DNA of 63,635 nucleotides, filler included, from Octopus bimaculoides (taxonomy: Eukaryota): NCBI RefSeq assembly GCF_001194135.2. It is 6 parts of 5 records of this genome, joined end to end, with 100 filler letters (N's around TTAATTAATTAA, not from the genome) between each part and the next. Parts side by side here need not be neighbours in the genome. Positions count along the whole stretch, not along the records: positions 1 to 13,021 come from NC_068981.1; positions 13,122 to 34,186 come from NC_069005.1; 4 more parts are not named here. The stretch is one strand, 5' to 3'. The first letter of the stretch is position 1. Every line of letters begins with the position of its first letter. Positions 1 to 14,379 of this stretch are shown here, one piece after another. The translations under genes were made by a program, and so were the position numbers. The notes under the pieces were generated by a model that saw only the letters and a list, made by a program, of their open reading frames with translations, was not told the DNA's origin and ran no database searches.

Positions 1-460
1 GAGCAAGTAAGAGAGGTTTTTTGTGGGTTGCAAGCATTGTGGGGGAAAAAAAGAAAGAAAACGGCGAAGAAGGGACTGAAGATGTTGGGTGAAGGAGTGA
101 AGGTCAGGCATGGTGAGAGGATGTGAATGTCGGTGTGGGTGTTATTAGTGGCGAGACAAGGGAAGGACGAGAAAGGTAGAAGGAGAACAGATAAAGGTGA
201 AACAAGTCGAAAAAAGTGGAAAAAAGTGTAAGAGTCACGGACAAATTTTGCTGATGTTCAATCAAGGTTCAGGAAAGGCAGATCCAACGGGAACAGTAAT
301 CCAAGGTAATCCGGCAGTTGGGACCTCCACATGTTTCAACTGTTGAATAACCTATGTTGAATACCTAACTGAGAGCAAACTGGTAAACATTTGGAATAAT
401 CCCATATTATTTAGAAATATATATATATGTGTATATATACATACATACATACATACATAC

Positions 461-606
461 ATCATCATCATCATCATCATCATCATCGTTTAACGTCCAC
501 TTTCCATGCTAGCATGGGTTGGACGATTTGACTGAGGACTGGTGAAACCGGATGGCAACACCAGGCTCCAATCTAATTTGGCAGAGTTTGTACAGCTGGA
601 TGCCCT
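461..606 (-). mobile_element. 5'-truncated RTE 3'-end copy. Other copies at ~13350-13700, 16607-16738, 16835-17010, 20790-20960, 21270-21635, 22198-22367, 23865-24045, 29245-29530, 29942-30270, 39065-39260, 43160-43390, 46201-46368, 63020-63200
   Basis: Same tail sequence as 19690-20188 and 44045-44680. Confidence 0.8.
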
Positions 607-2622
607 GTGTGTGTATAAAATTTAAATAAGCAGAAAATGTAGAAAACTTTTGATCAACAAACAAATTGACCAACGTCAATTAAAGATCAGTTAATTATAA
701 TTTCATTCAGCATATTCTCCTCTCAGATTCACACACTTATTGCAGCAGTCCTTCAGTTTTACTAAGCTCTGTAAAAGAACTTGGAAGGTTGGGCCACCAA
801 CCAGGCCTTTCATGATACCCTTAAAGCCAGGAACTTTCCAGTAACCTCTTGTATGTGTATGTGATTGTGTGCATGTGTATTTCCTTTCTAAATGGGTTGT
901 TACTTATGCTATAAATATTGTGTTTGATGTAAGACATTTTGAGTTATCTTGTTTCTCTGACAACGAATTAGCTATAACTAACTCTTTTATATCCTCAGGC
1001 AATACTGAGTATCCTTTGAGTAATCTTTACATTTAGAGAATTGATTTTTCTTCACCATCAAAGACATAATTTCTTCAACTTAACCTTACTTTCTCCATAT
1101 TAACTATATCTTCTTCGTTTCTGCTCTGTCAGTTCCATATGTATACACTATCAACTCCTCAGTTATTTGAACTACTTCTATATCTGTTCTATCAGATCCA
1201 TATCTACTCAGTCGTAAGTCAACAAAGATTTTTATAAATTCTTTATTGTTTTAGTTCAAGGTCAGCCCTTACCAAGCAGCAGCTCTGTAATCAAACACAT
1301 TCTGATATGGACCCCTTCTTTTTTTGTATGTCAGTACATCATTATCTTTTTTTTTTCAGACAGCAGGGTGTGATTTGAAAGAGATTTGACTCCTATTTCT
1401 TGCTCTCTCATTAGCTCATTTTTATACAGTGTTCAAATTTGCCTAACAAAGCAGACAAAACAACTTAAAAATAGGGATTTCATGTTTCCTAAGGCCCAAA
1501 AGTCTTATAATTTTCAAAAGAAATCAATTTTATTGGTACTGGCAAAACAGTGTGGTTAAGAAGCTTGCTTTGGGGGCCACGTAGTTTTGGGCTTAGTTCC
1601 ACTCTGTTATCTTGGGCAAGTGTCTTCTACTATAGTCCCAGGCTGACCAATGCATTGTGAGGGAATTTGGTTGACAGAAACTGTGTGGAAGCCCATTGTC
1701 ATCCTCCTCCTCCTCCACCTCATCATCATCATCATCAACACCCCTCTCATCCACCACCACCACCACCACCACCACTTCCTCCTCCTCCTCCTCCTCCTCC
1801 TCCTCCTCTCCATCATCATCATCATCATTTTAACATTCACTTTGCTTGCATGAGTAGGATGGAGTTTACCGAGGCAGAGTTTCTATGTCCAGAAGAACAA
1901 CATAATAATTTTTATTTACAGCTGTATTGCAACTATGTATTAAAAAAAAAAAAAGAGAAAGAAATTTTGAATATCCTTGACTGCTTTCCTAAAAGGGGAT
2001 GCAAAGCACAGAATAAATATATATACAAAGAGAATATTTATGGAAAATGCTAAAATAATGATTTCTTTTCATTTCGATAATGATGATGATGATTGTGGTG
2101 GTGGAGGTGGATTTGGTGATGACGACAACGATGATAACAATGATGACCACGATGATGATCATGATCATGATGACAATGTCAACAATGGTAATGATGATGA
2201 TGAGGAGGAGGAGGAGGAAGAAGAGGAGGGGGAGATGGTGATGATGTACATCATGTAATATAGTATTTGGTACATATTCAAGCCAATAAGTGTACCACAA
2301 TGCAGTCGCTTGGACTGTTAGAAAAAGCAATCAAATCTCCTCCACAAATAATATCTTACTATTCTTTTATTCTTTTACTTGTTTCAGTCATTTGACAGTG
2401 GCCATGCTGGAGCACTATCTTAAAATGGTTTTAATTGAAGAAATCAACCCTAGGACTTATTCTTTGTAAGCCTAGTACTTATTCTACCGTTGTCTTTTTG
2501 CTGAACCGCTAAGTTACGGGGGATGTAAACACACCAACATTGGTTGTCAAGTGATGGTGGTGGTGGTGGGGAGCAAACACAGACACAAAGACACACACAT
2601 ATAGATATATACATACATATGT

Positions 2623-2665
<43 letters not shown>

Positions 2666-2935
2666 NNNNNNNNNNNNNNNNNNNNNNNNNNNNNNNNNNN
2701 NNNNNNNNNTGAGGAATATATTATTTAAAAGAGTTCCAACTCTGTCTGTTTTTTTATGTTTTATTTATATTCTTATAAAATTAATGTAGGATATAGAATA
2801 TGGAATATATAATATAAATAGTAAAACGAAATGAAGTATTGAATGTCTTATTGAATATATGAAATATTGAGTATTAAATATATAAGGACTAGTATACTTT
2901 CCTGCCTCATGGCATTCATCAAGGTCCCGTCTGAC

Positions 2936-2977
<42 letters not shown>

Positions 2978-5485
2978 GGGCTTCTTTCAGTTTTTGTCTA
3001 CCAAATCCACTCACAAGGCTTTGGTCAGCCTGAGGCTGTAGTAGAAGACACTTGTCCAAGGTATCACACAGTGGGACTGAACCTGGACCCATGTGGCAGG
3101 GAAGCAAGCTTCTTTTAACACCTATCTTAGCAAAAAAAATATTATAATAATAATAAAAGAAAACACAATGTGATGTTCGGTGCACTGTGCTCAGGAAATA
3201 GACAGGATGGTCATGGATGGAATAGGAATACCTTTGATCATAGATCTGCTGAGTCAAGACTGACTTAGGGCTATGTAACAACAACAACGGTGATAACAAC
3301 ATCAAAACAACTGGTACATATGTTATTGACCTCAGAAAGAATGAAACTAAATACATTAACATTTCTGCCAAATTACCGAATTTCTTTCTATATTAATAAG
3401 TACTACTATTGTAAGATATAATGGCCAAAACATTTCAGATTTGGATTGCAATATTTGGTTTCATTTTTGTTTTGGGGTTTTGAATTCAAATGACACCAAT
3501 TCCCAATTCTAATTTTGACTTTCATCCTTTCAGAACACCAACAAAATAATAAGATCCATAATATACTGGAATTGATTCAATTGTTTGTACAACTTCACAT
3601 AAGAGATTTGGCTTTGTGCCTGAGGATGAAGAAGTTTGTATATATATAAAGAGAGAGGGGGAGAGGGGAGAGTGCAAGAAGAGACAGGCAGAGAGAGAGA
3701 GAGAGAGAGAGAGAAAGTTGCTTGTTTGATAATCTAAATCTTCCATCATAATTCCATTCACATCTAGGATGCATTACAGGAATCAATCCCAGGACTTGAG
3801 TGGTACATTATTTTGTTGGACCTTTCAAGGATGAAAAAAAGCAAAGTTGATTGCTTTTCATTTGGATTTAAGGGTAAAATTAATCAAATAAGGTTATTAA
3901 AAATTCAGCTGACAAAGCTAAAAACTAGAAATTCTTTTATTACTGCCTCGCCCCTTTTTGATATCAATTACGTAATGCAATAAACTGGTAGTCATAACTT
4001 CCAGAATGTTGAAAGTAGAGGAATTCTGTTGTCTTCTTTTACTTGCTTCAGTTCTGGACTGTGGCCATACTGGGGTACTGCCTTCAAGGGTTTGATCGAA
4101 CAAATCAACTCAGTACTTATTTTTTAAAGTCTAATATTTATTCTATTGGTCTCTTTTGCTGAACCACTAAGTTGTGGAGACATAAACAAATGAATACCAG
4201 TTGTCAAGCAGTAGTGGGGTCAAATACAATACACACACAAAGACACACACACACACATAGATATATACATACATGTATATATAAAACAAGCTTTCAGTTT
4301 CTGTCTATCAAATCCACTCACTAGACTTTGGTTGGTTCAGGGCTGTAGTAAAAGACACTTGCCCAAGTTGCTGTGCAGCACAACTGAATCAAAGACCACA
4401 TGGTTAGGAAGCCAGCTTATTAACCACACAGCCATGCCTGTACATCAATTTTTATTTTTATTTTTAGCCGCACTGTTAGGTTAATTCAAGTAGTCTGTTA
4501 AGTACTTGTATTAATAACTTTTGCTAAAGCCTACTTAACTGACCGCTTTACAAAAAACTTTTCTGGATTGACTAACGATTAGGAAGGATTGACATGATAC
4601 TAATAAATTAGATCATTTAGAAGTGCACTTCATTCATTTTTAGTAAATATAAAGATGATAATGGAAATGATAGTGTAAGGAAAAGCAGAGGTGATGGCAC
4701 TAAAGGAGATGATGATGGTATGGCAGAAGTCTTGATAATATAGCAGAGAATGATGTATAATACATCTTGCAGTAGTTGTAGTAATTCTGATAAAATATAA
4801 ATTTGTCAAATATTCTTTTTTTGTTTCTTTTATATGATGTTTGTTAATTTTCATGATTACCTTCCAAAGGAAAGTAATAAAAAACAAACAAACTGATACT
4901 CTGTCTGTTACAACAAAGGTTCTAGTTGACGTGATGGTATAACGTGCTCATGAAATTAACATGCAAGTGATTGAGCACTCCACATACATGCCTACCCTTC
5001 ACATAGTTCTCAGAGAGATTCAGCACAACACAGAATATGATAAGGCTGGCCCTTTGAAATACACCTACTATTCATTTTTGCCAGCTGGAGTGGACTGGAG
5101 CAACATGAAATAAAATGCTGGGAATCAAACTCATGACCTTTATGATCATGTGCCAAACACCCTAACCACTAAGCAACCTCTAAAGAATGTAATAATGAAA
5201 CATTGTAGAACAGAATTTAAAAATTCATATTACTTATTATAACCATAGTAACCAAATCACCAGTTTAGTGTCCATATAAAGAATTAGATCATTAGTTAAA
5301 TAATACCCTGTAGTATGAACTAATTTTAGAATTTTAAGCTTAGAATTCCATCTGGCCCATGCAAGTATGTAAAAGTGGATGTAGACACAATGATGATGAC
5401 GACGAACGTATGCACGCACACCCACATACATGTGCGCATGTGTACACACACATACACACACACACACGCACACAAATACACGCAC

Positions 5486-5533
<48 letters not shown>

Positions 5534-5879
5534 ATTGAATGATTATGAAGTCAATGTTTATTAAAATACATATCATTTTCAAAATATACTAGAATCTATT
5601 GAGTTAAATTATTTCTGAATGCCCGTTTTCAAACTGCTGGCCATTCTCCTTCAGGTACTACCGATCATTGTTTGTATTTATGCATCTTCTCATTCAAGGC
5701 ATGTGGCCTAGTGGTTAGAGTGTTGCTCTCACAATTGCCAGATCATGGGTTTGGTCCTTGGACCAGGTGGTGTATTGTGTTCTTGAGCAAAACACTTCAT
5801 TTCATGTTACTCTTGTGCTGTGTGAAGACCAGCATGACAAAGAACAGACTAAATGTTTCCTCTGAGACATTTCTTTTAT

Positions 5880-6700
5880 GCCATCTACCTGTTCAGCAAA
5901 ATCTTATCAGGATAGTCCCTTACATAACTGTGGTAGTATTGGGATGCCACACTTTCAAAGCTTGTTTGAATACTTGGCATGATAGATTTTCACAGCAAAT
6001 TAAAGTAAATGGGACCAGTCACAATACTGTCAAAACAAGAATGGTCTAATTAATCCTTCCAATGATAAGTTGCACCATTGGAAGTTGTACCACTCCTGGT
6101 AAATTAACATGATTTCCTCTGTAATATACAGTTCTCAGGTCCCCAGTAGGTGCAAATGTGGCAGTTAATTGAGCTATTTAATTTAAATATAGCCTCATCA
6201 CTCCAAATGATCTTTGGTGGAGAGTGTGCATCTTCAACACATCTTGCAAATACCACTTACAAAATTCTACTCTTCAGTCAGTCTTTCTCATTGAAAGCAT
6301 GGACTATTCTTGAAATATAACATTTCCAATGATATCTCTTAAAATTTGATGGACACTTGATTTTGAAATTTTTATCTCATGACTTGCTTGCCACACAGAT
6401 TTCCTTAAACTCTGGCAATATGTTTCTAGTACTCTTTGTTGCTTTGTGGTGGTTTGACAATGTCCATGGCCTTCCAGAACATTTCTTGTGGACATTCCAA
6501 ACAGTTCCATCTGCTTCAAATTTATCTTTAATTGGAGTGATGGTGAGTTACATGGTAAGGAGATCTGTTTGAAACACCTTCCTAAGCTGTTTTTGCACTT
6601 CATTTCAAACTTCCAGTAGCACTCTTGGTTAAATTTCCTTTGTTCAAATTTTATTCTGGCTTCCTTCATTATTTCTAATGAGTTAACTCTAAAACGGAAT
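5880..6700 (-). mobile_element. Tc1/mariner transposase relic
   Basis: Degraded peptides SLRKSVWQASHEIKISKSSVHQILR (HTH), WSDEAIFK and GLIRPF...VTGP; stops and frameshifts. Confidence 0.8.
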
Positions 6701-6740
6701 GAAAATTAAGTGAATTATCGGCTGTTTTGGGGATGCTTTG

Positions 6741-6776
<36 letters not shown>

Positions 6777-6887
6777 CGCACATGTGTGTAGTGCATTACA
6801 CAAAAGAGATTAAAATCTAAGCTGTGTGCTCATGAAGCACTTCTGTGAATCCTGGCTGTCAATTGTACATATGTAGATGTTTTACCT

Positions 6888-7115
6888 GTAACCTTTTAGT
6901 GTTCAGATTGTTTTGTCAAATGTAATGCTTATTCATACACATTGTGTTGAATTAATCATGCATTATCTTCTAGCTTCAAGATTTCAATGATGCAATTGTA
7001 TTTTTGTAGAATGATATTGCAGAGTAGATGTGGGAGGCTGGATCTGGTTAATTTTGTCATAAAACAGATAGAATATTTAGGCTGGATATAGCTGGTTTAA
7101 ATGCTAAAAGGTTAA
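6888..7115. mobile_element. piggyBac-like MITE (copy also at ~42235-42451, opposite orientation)
   Basis: Ends resemble TTAACCCTTTAG...CTAAAGGGTTAA; the two copies align. Confidence 0.65.
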
Positions 7116-7379
7116 GGAGAAAATTAACCCTGCAAGTTAAAATTCTTGGTCAAGCAGAAGAGGATGTATATACTAAAACAAAGACTGGAGTTTATGATGT
7201 TATTTTAATTCATACAACATAAAAAATACATCTTATGAACATGAATATTAATATTTATATTCATAAATGTATTTCCCATGTTGTATTGAAGTAATTGTAT
7301 CCACAGAATTTAAAAATCATACTATAAATTCTCATCTTTGTTTTAATTTATACCTTCATTATCATCATCATCATCATTC

Positions 7380-8270
7380 CAGGACTTGGGCAATGCCAGC
7401 AGTCTCGGTACCACCACAGCTTTTTATAGTAGGTTGGTAGAGGCAGGAAATGACGATGACCTGGGAACAACCCTAGGTCTCGATGATAATCAGTTGGACA
7501 ACCTGTTCCAAAAGACATTCGGGCCAAAGACACTTGATAACTTCCAAAAGACTTTGTCCTGGCAGTGTTACAGAGGAGCTTTACTGGTTCAGGATAAACT
7601 CACCAGACACGGCCAGCCTGGACCGTCGACCTGTCCAAGATGCGGGCAGGACGTGGAAACTGTCCTGCATGCTATTTATTGTCCAGTGTCCTGATATTTC
7701 TGATGTGTGGGTTTATGTAGAACACCTGTTGTTGGACGAAAGAAGAGTACAGCTATCAGCTGAGTCGATTTTAAAAATCAACCCACTGGATTTCCTCATG
7801 GATGAAGGTAAGAATTGCTTTCTCGTAGTAGTGGCAATGGTGAAAGAGGCGATCTGGAAGACAAGGATGAAAGGGATTAGGACAGACAATTTCGTATCTG
7901 GCCTTGCTTTAGTGAACTTTTTAAAGTTTCACTTGAAAAGAAGAGTGGGGCTGGAAAGAAGGTGTTTGTCTGAGAGTGTGTTTAAAAAACGATGGATACA
8001 TGTTGCATGGATGCTGGGTGTGAAAGGCCCTGTGTGAACACGTCATATAGGAAAAATAAGGTGTCGATGAAAAGACAGGGCTCGTGGGGTCAGAGCATAC
8101 CTATTTATTTTTATCTCATTTGTTTTTAGTGTTTGTAATTATCGTTTTTGTATACCATTCGATTAATCATATATCCCATTTAAATTTTCATATCTCATTT
8201 GTCGACCCCAAAGTTTGTTTTGTGCTGTCCCCCTCTTTGTTCACCCTTTATGGGAAATAATAAAACATAC
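7380..8270 (+). mobile_element. Tx1/L1-clade LINE 3' fragment (zf-RVT region, 3'UTR)
   Basis: KTLSWQCYRGALLVQDKL...CPRCGQDVETVLHA, frameshifted continuation, AATAA near 8257. Confidence 0.85.
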
Positions 8271-8532
8271 AGTCTTTACAGAATTATAATGACTTACCAC
8301 TTCTGTCTCTCACAATGTCTTTCAATTTTGCAATCTTTTAAGTTGGAGTGTCCTATCTCACTATAATTTTTCTTTTTGTTTGTGTTTTTCATGTTGTCTC
8401 TTTTTCTCTCTATATTTCTGCTGTTTTATGGTTTCTTGTAATTGCATCTGTATGTCTGTGTGTTCGTGTATTTGTGTGTCGGTGTGTTCGGTTGACTGCA
8501 ATTCTACGTGTTTCATCTATGAGTCTATGTCT

Positions 8533-9500
8533 TTAGGTTTCTGTAATTCTGGGCTGTCTTGTTTCTGGTCTGAATGACTCTGTACTTGTACTTCCTTTAC
8601 TGGTAATTCTACCGGTAAATTTTGTCCCTTTCTCGTCGTGGGTTGGGTTTACACTTCTTTTGGGTTCCATTGCTTTACACTTCTTCAGTTTCACTGTTGT
8701 TGGTGACTTCCTTCTCTCTCCTTTTCTGGGTTTCACCTCTGCAAAATTCCCGTCATGTTCTGTTTTCTGTTTCTGCATCTGTTCTACCATTATATCTTCC
8801 TGAACATTCTCCTCTACCATTTCCACTGCTGCTCTAGGGCATTTCCTTCTCAAGTGCCCTCTTTCACCACATCCGTAACACTTTGGGGATCTCCCCTCCA
8901 ACATTATTTCCAGCTTTCCTCCGTTTGGTAATTCCAAAGTTTCCGCCATTTTGTCGTAATATTTTGGGCTTACCGCATAGATTATTTCTATATCATAGCC
9001 CCACCATTTAAATCCTCAGGTCTTCTCTATTCTTCCTCAGCCCTGAATTAAAAATTGCAGCTATTACCCATTCTGGGTCTATTGACGGTGGGATTCTTCC
9101 CACCCTAACCCTAACAATTCTTTTGCCAAAAAAGTTTGGCATCAACGTCCATGTTGTCAGATTTTTTCGCCTCCTCTTCTGAGACAAAGGTTACTACTAT
9201 AGTCGCATATTTCCTTCCCCTTGTAAAGAACGTTATCCTTTTTCCAATGTGTTCCTTCAACATTTCCTCTATCTCTTCCTGCGGCACATTTTCTATTCTC
9301 CTATTTACATTCGAAAATGTTCTGAATATTACCGTCTTGTTTTCCAATTTTCTTTTTTCCTCCTCTGGCACGGTCATTTTCATATTTGACCCTTCTTTCT
9401 TTATCATATCCCAATATTTGGTTATCTTCTCTTCATTCCACTCCATCCTCTCTGGCTTCAGCACATGTGGGTCTAGGGTATCTCAACCTCCAGTAGCCTC
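8533..9500 (-). mobile_element. LINE ORF1 (gag-like) relic with CCHC zinc knuckle
   Basis: KSYAEA start-like motif, RRM-like VTFVSEEEAKK and CYGCGERGHLRRKC knuckle; frameshifted. Confidence 0.8.
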
Positions 9501-9611
9501 TGCATAACTTTTCATTTTTCAATAATTCACTACCACCAAACGATAGTGGCTTTGCACAAAAATTCCACTTAAACTTCTTCAAAAACAAAAAAAGGTGTGG
9601 CTTGCTAGCTT

Positions 9612-12450
9612 GATTCTTTATTTTGGCACTATGGCCATTACACAGAGGGGACATACATAGACATGCGGGGACAAACAACAAGTGAAAATGACATGTCGGT
9701 GGCACTGCCATACNNNNNNNNNNNNNNNNNNNNNNNNNNNNNNNNNNNNNNNNNNNNNNNNNNNNNNNNNNNNNNNNNNNNNNNNNNNNNNNNNNNNNNN
9801 NNNNNNNNNNNGCCTTTTAATGAGACTGGGTTTAAATCGTTCCAGCGAGGCCGGTCGTGGCAAGAACACCTCCGCCAGCAGACTCCACACCTTACCACCC
9901 TCCAGGTGGCACTAGAGATGTCTCAGCCTCAACGCATCTCTGTGCATCATTAGCCAGGGCATCGCCAGACCACCCTTTAGCAGTTCCTGGCAGCACACGG
10001 AGCGCCTCACAAGTGGCTTTCCTCCCCTCCACAAAAAGCGGAATAGGAGTCTTTCCAGTTTGCTTGCCAAGAATCGGGACAAGGCACAATGGACAGGCGA
10101 TAGGTGATTACAGATGCTATAAGCACCTGCACCACCTCCGCTCTACCCTTCAAGGACAGAGACCTTCCGGACCACTTCCATACTATGGCCTCCACCTTGT
10201 TCAGTACCTTGCTCCAATTCTTCTCTGTGTGGGAGTCTGAACCAAACCAAACTCCAAGCAACTTAACAAGACCATCTGTCCAGTGTCTGATGACTGTGGA
10301 CGATATCGGCTTGTTCCTCCAGGTGCCGAGGTGCAAACCAATAGACTTGTCCTTGTTAACCTTTGCTCCTTCCACCACTTCGTATCCTTGGAGAGCATCT
10401 TCTAAACAAGGTAGTTGTGCTTCGTTAGACACGATGAGGGTGACGTCGTCTGCATAAGCAGAAGTGAACTTACCACATCCAATCTCATTAGGGTTGCCAC
10501 CTAACTTCTCCACCCTCCGCAGCGATAGCTCCAGGGCCAAAACATACAGAATTGAAGACAAGGGACACCCTTGACGAACAGACCGGTTGATCAAAAACGG
10601 CTCTGTTAGGTAACCATTTATCTGGACGGTGGATTGATGCCACTATACATAACAGAGATCCACCCGCCTCGAGGACAGCCCCCAGGTATTGTTGGTCTAC
10701 CCTATCGAATGCTTTACTTTGGTCTAAATGGATCAATGCCCCTCCTTTGCTGGCTGTTTTCCCTACCCTATCTAAGGTGTAGCGGAGAAGATGAAGATTG
10801 TCCTGGATCGACCTGCCTGGGATTGCTCAAGTCTGTGCCTTCCCAGCAAGCTTCCCCACAACAGCCGTCAACCTTTTTGCTAACACCTTGGCCAAAATTT
10901 TTAACTCTATGTTAAGTAGAGTTATGGGTCAATAGTTGCTAATGCTATCCCCCTTGCTTGGGTCTTTCTGGACCAGCGTCACTACTCCCCAGCTTACAGA
11001 GCTGGGAATACTCCCATTCTGCTGCCAGTTTGCATAGACACCAGCCAGGACATCCCTAAACAAGTTTGGCATTAAACAGTAAAACTCATAGGGCACACCA
11101 TCCAGTCCCGGAGACTTTTTCACAGCGCACTCGGCCAGCACCTCTCTTACCTCCGCAGGAGTGATCGGCCCTTCACAGCATCCAGCTTCACCCACTGTGA
11201 GTCGTGGCCCGCCGGCTAGGAAGTCCTTTAAGGCCCTCCCACACTCAAGCATACCGCTCTCCCTGACAACCAAGCAAAATGCTGGTGAAAAGCCTTTCGC
11301 ATCTCCTGTTCATAGATCTTGCATCCCTGCTTGTCAGTTAAAGACTTAATATAGGACTTTTTGTGCTTCTGACTCTCCTCATGACGTGCCCATCTAGATA
11401 CGTTAATACCTTCTCGTTTCACAGTGCATAACTTAGCTCTAACTCGGCACTGAGGTGACAGTACAAGACCGTTCCCGCTGCCAACACTCTAGGTGCGGAG
11501 CCAGATTCCATTGCCTCATCTCGGCTCTCAACTAAGTTGCCCTCTATTCTAGCCCTATCTAAACTTAGCTGCTTGCTAAATCTAATGGACTCAAAATGGA
11601 TGGCTCACTTGAGGGCTTACCACCATCTATTACTAATGATGGTGCCACATATTTCCCTCTGAACTAACTCCTTAATCCGGGTACGGAAAGCTTCACAAGC
11701 CAAAATAGACTTGTTCATTTTCCAATATCCAGGTCCCTGTCTATGACACTTATCTACCTGTACTTCACACATCACAAGTTTGTGATCTGTGTAAGGCACA
11801 ATACAAAAATGTGGACAACTAAGGCTATGCTTATCTCTTTCCTTAACGAATATTCTATCTATATATGATCTGCATGAGCCGTCGTTATTACTCCACATCC
11901 ACTGTGGAACACTTGGCCCATCCAGTCGGCAGCGGTCTACTAGATTATAGCTGTCTAGTAGATCCTTGAGGCATGGATTCCCTTTTCTATTGGTGGAGCC
12001 TACACTATCGATGTGCGCATCAAGGATAGTGTTGAAGTCCCCTAACAAAACTACCATTTTAGACGTCAGTAGAAAGTACTCCAGGTTCCGAAAAAAACTC
12101 GACTGCCCATGCTCGTTAGGAGCATAGACAGCTACCAACCCGAAGGACTGCTTACTCTCATGTGTTACATCTAGAACGACCAGCCTACCTTCTGGGTCCA
12201 AAAAGACAGTACTTATCTGTAAGTCCAAGTTCTTCCTGATCAGGACTGCCACACCTGCACCTCTTTTTTAGCTCGGAGAAATAAATTTCTCGTAACCATT
12301 GAGGAGGGGCGAAAACGCTTCAGGTCCCTTCATCTTGGACTCGGTGATCACAGCCACATCTATTCTATGTGAAATGAGGTCGTTCAGAAGATAAGTCTGT
12401 TTCCATTTCGATCCTATTCCACGCATTGACCAACATCTATATCTGGAAAA
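9612..12450 (-). mobile_element. Tx1/L1-clade LINE ORF2 relic (APE endonuclease + RT) with 3' end
   Basis: VYAPN, LLGDFN, YTDHK (APE); KSPGLDG, LDQSKAFDRVD, RQGCPLS, YADD (RT); many frameshifts; AATAAA near 9620 after an N gap. Confidence 0.93.
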
Positions 12451-12722
12451 AGATGAGTTGTGAACATTATTCTCCTGCCTATATTCTTCTAACTATCTTT
12501 ACTCTTTATTCTTCAATTTTATTCTTTATAAACTGTGAATTTTATTCCCTGTAAAGTGTAAATTTTCCCTGTCTAAAATATTCATTCCTTGTCTCTGATG
12601 ACGGAATGCCCAGTGTGTGGATATGCTAACCTACCACTTGGGTTATTCCAGGAATGGCTGTGCCCTAAATAAATTATTCTAAATGACTTGGGATACTCGT
12701 TCTGCCTTGATTTTTGGTCTAA

Positions 12723-13021
12723 TCTATATATATAAAAATGAGAATGTGTGTCTGTCTGTCTGTCTGTCTGTGTGAATCCCTAAAACTCGAGAACTACGCA
12801 ACCAATTTCATTCAAATTTTACACATGCCTTACTTAGGGTTCCAGTTGTGTTTTAGTCAAAAAAATTATTAACTTCTTGCAGAGTTCGAGCACACGGCAA
12901 CATAATATCTCCTCCACTATTTAAGTATTACGTGTCAAAAGTGAAACAAAAACACTCATGTCAAATACTTTCACTTTAAAAATGAAACTATTCCACTAAC
13001 TGAAACAATCACATTTCGATA
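12723..13021 (+). mobile_element. Helitron-type 5' terminus (non-autonomous)
   Basis: A|TCTATATATATAAAAATG followed by (TGTC)n and CAATTTC...AAATTT, typical of invertebrate non-autonomous Helitron 5' ends; 3' end lost at the join. Confidence 0.6.
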
Positions 13022-13121
13022 NNNNNNNNNNNNNNNNNNNNNNNNNNNNNNNNNNNNNNNNNNNNTTAATTAATTAANNNNNNNNNNNNNNNNNNNNNNN
13101 NNNNNNNNNNNNNNNNNNNNN
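13022..13121. other. Artificial scaffold join (44 N + TTAATTAATTAA + 44 N); also at 34187-34286, 41057-41156, 50425-50524, 60161-60260
   Basis: Identical 100-bp structure five times; the 12-mer gives stops in all six frames. Confidence 0.95.
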
Positions 13122-13214
13122 GATGTGAAGGTCTACTCAAACGAACGTAAAATTGAAAAGATTGTCGTACCCCTGGGATCAGAAATCGATGCGATTGACA
13201 AGAAATATGTTGAG
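13122..13214 (+). CDS. FANCM: FANCM exon, 5' end cut by assembly join ([31 protein letters not shown])
   Basis: Resembles human DILTYSHERKVEKLIVPLGEEL; phase-0 donor GAG|GTTTGA. Confidence 0.88.
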
Positions 13215-14347
13215 GTTTGAATCAGAGATTTTCTTATGTTGTCCACCATTTTACCTTTCTTTTTTTTCTATGTAAAGAAGGGATTGACAATAAAGCCACG
13301 TAATTATGAAGCAAACTTTGGAAGTGTGGGGATCACTGGAACCATTAATGTCTACTCCATCATCATTTAATGTCCATCTTCCATGCACGCATGGATAGGA
13401 TGGTTCATAGGAGGTGGCCAGGTAGAAAAAAAACTACCCTATGCTATTCTGTCTGTTTTTGGCAGGGTTTTTACGTCTGCATGCCCTTCCTAACACCAAC
13501 CACTCTACAGAATGGATTCGGTGCTTTTTATGTGTCACTAGCACATGTGAAGTTAGTTTTGGTGTAATTGTTTCAGCTGGATGCCCTTCCAAATGTCAAC
13601 CACTTTACAGTGTGTACTGGATGCTTTTTACATGGCACCAGCACCGACAGGGTCACCAAGTACCTCGCAAGGTAAGGAATTACGAGAAGTGCAGGGGCCT
13701 TTGAGGAGGGGAACTTGTAGGTTACTTGGGTGGTTTCCTGTAAGAAAAAACTTTGGGAAGGATGTGAAATGGTTGTCTCAGAAAGCTTAATTATGATTAC
13801 TCTTTTACTTGTTTCAGTCTTTTGACTGTGTCCATGCTGGAGCACCGCCTTTAGTCGAGCAAATCGACCCCAGGACGTATTCTTTGTAAGCCTAGTACTT
13901 ATTCTATCAATCTCTTTTGCTGAACCGCTAAGTTACGGGGACGTAAACACACCAACATCAGTTGTCAAGCAATGTTGGGGGGCACAGACACAAATACACA
14001 CACCTATNNNNNNNNNNNNNNNNNNNNNNNNNNNNNNNNNNNNNNNNNNNNNNNNNNNNNNNNNNNNNNNNNNNNNNNNNNNNNNNNNNNNNNNNNNNNN
14101 NNNNNNNNNNNNNNNNNNNNNNNNNNNNNNNNNNNNNNNNNNNNNNNNNNNNNNNNNNNNNNNNNNNNNNNNNNNNNNNNNNNNNNNNNNNNNNNNNNNN
14201 NNNNNNNNNNNNNNNNNNNNNNNNNNNNNNNNNNNNNNNNNNNNNNNNNNNNNNNNNNNNNNNNNNNNNNNNNNNNNNNNNNNNNNNNNNNNNNNNNNNN
14301 NNNNNNNNNNNNNNNNNNNNNNNNNNNNNNNNNNNNNNNNNACACAG

Positions 14348-14379
<32 letters not shown>

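Noticed and set aside
1593-2330. Poly-His/Pro/Asp/Ile ORFs (also ~44700-45470, 52051-52422)
   Set aside because: Trinucleotide microsatellites open in many frames; no splice or homology support.
3522-3640. Exon-like unique sequence on either strand (also 1100-1215 and 4635-4740)
   Set aside because: Short open frames with weak or missing splice partners; none resemble the missing FANCM DEAH exons.
13066-13077. Recurrent TTAATTAATTAA as a biological motif
   Set aside because: Always flanked by exactly 44 N on each side; synthetic linker.
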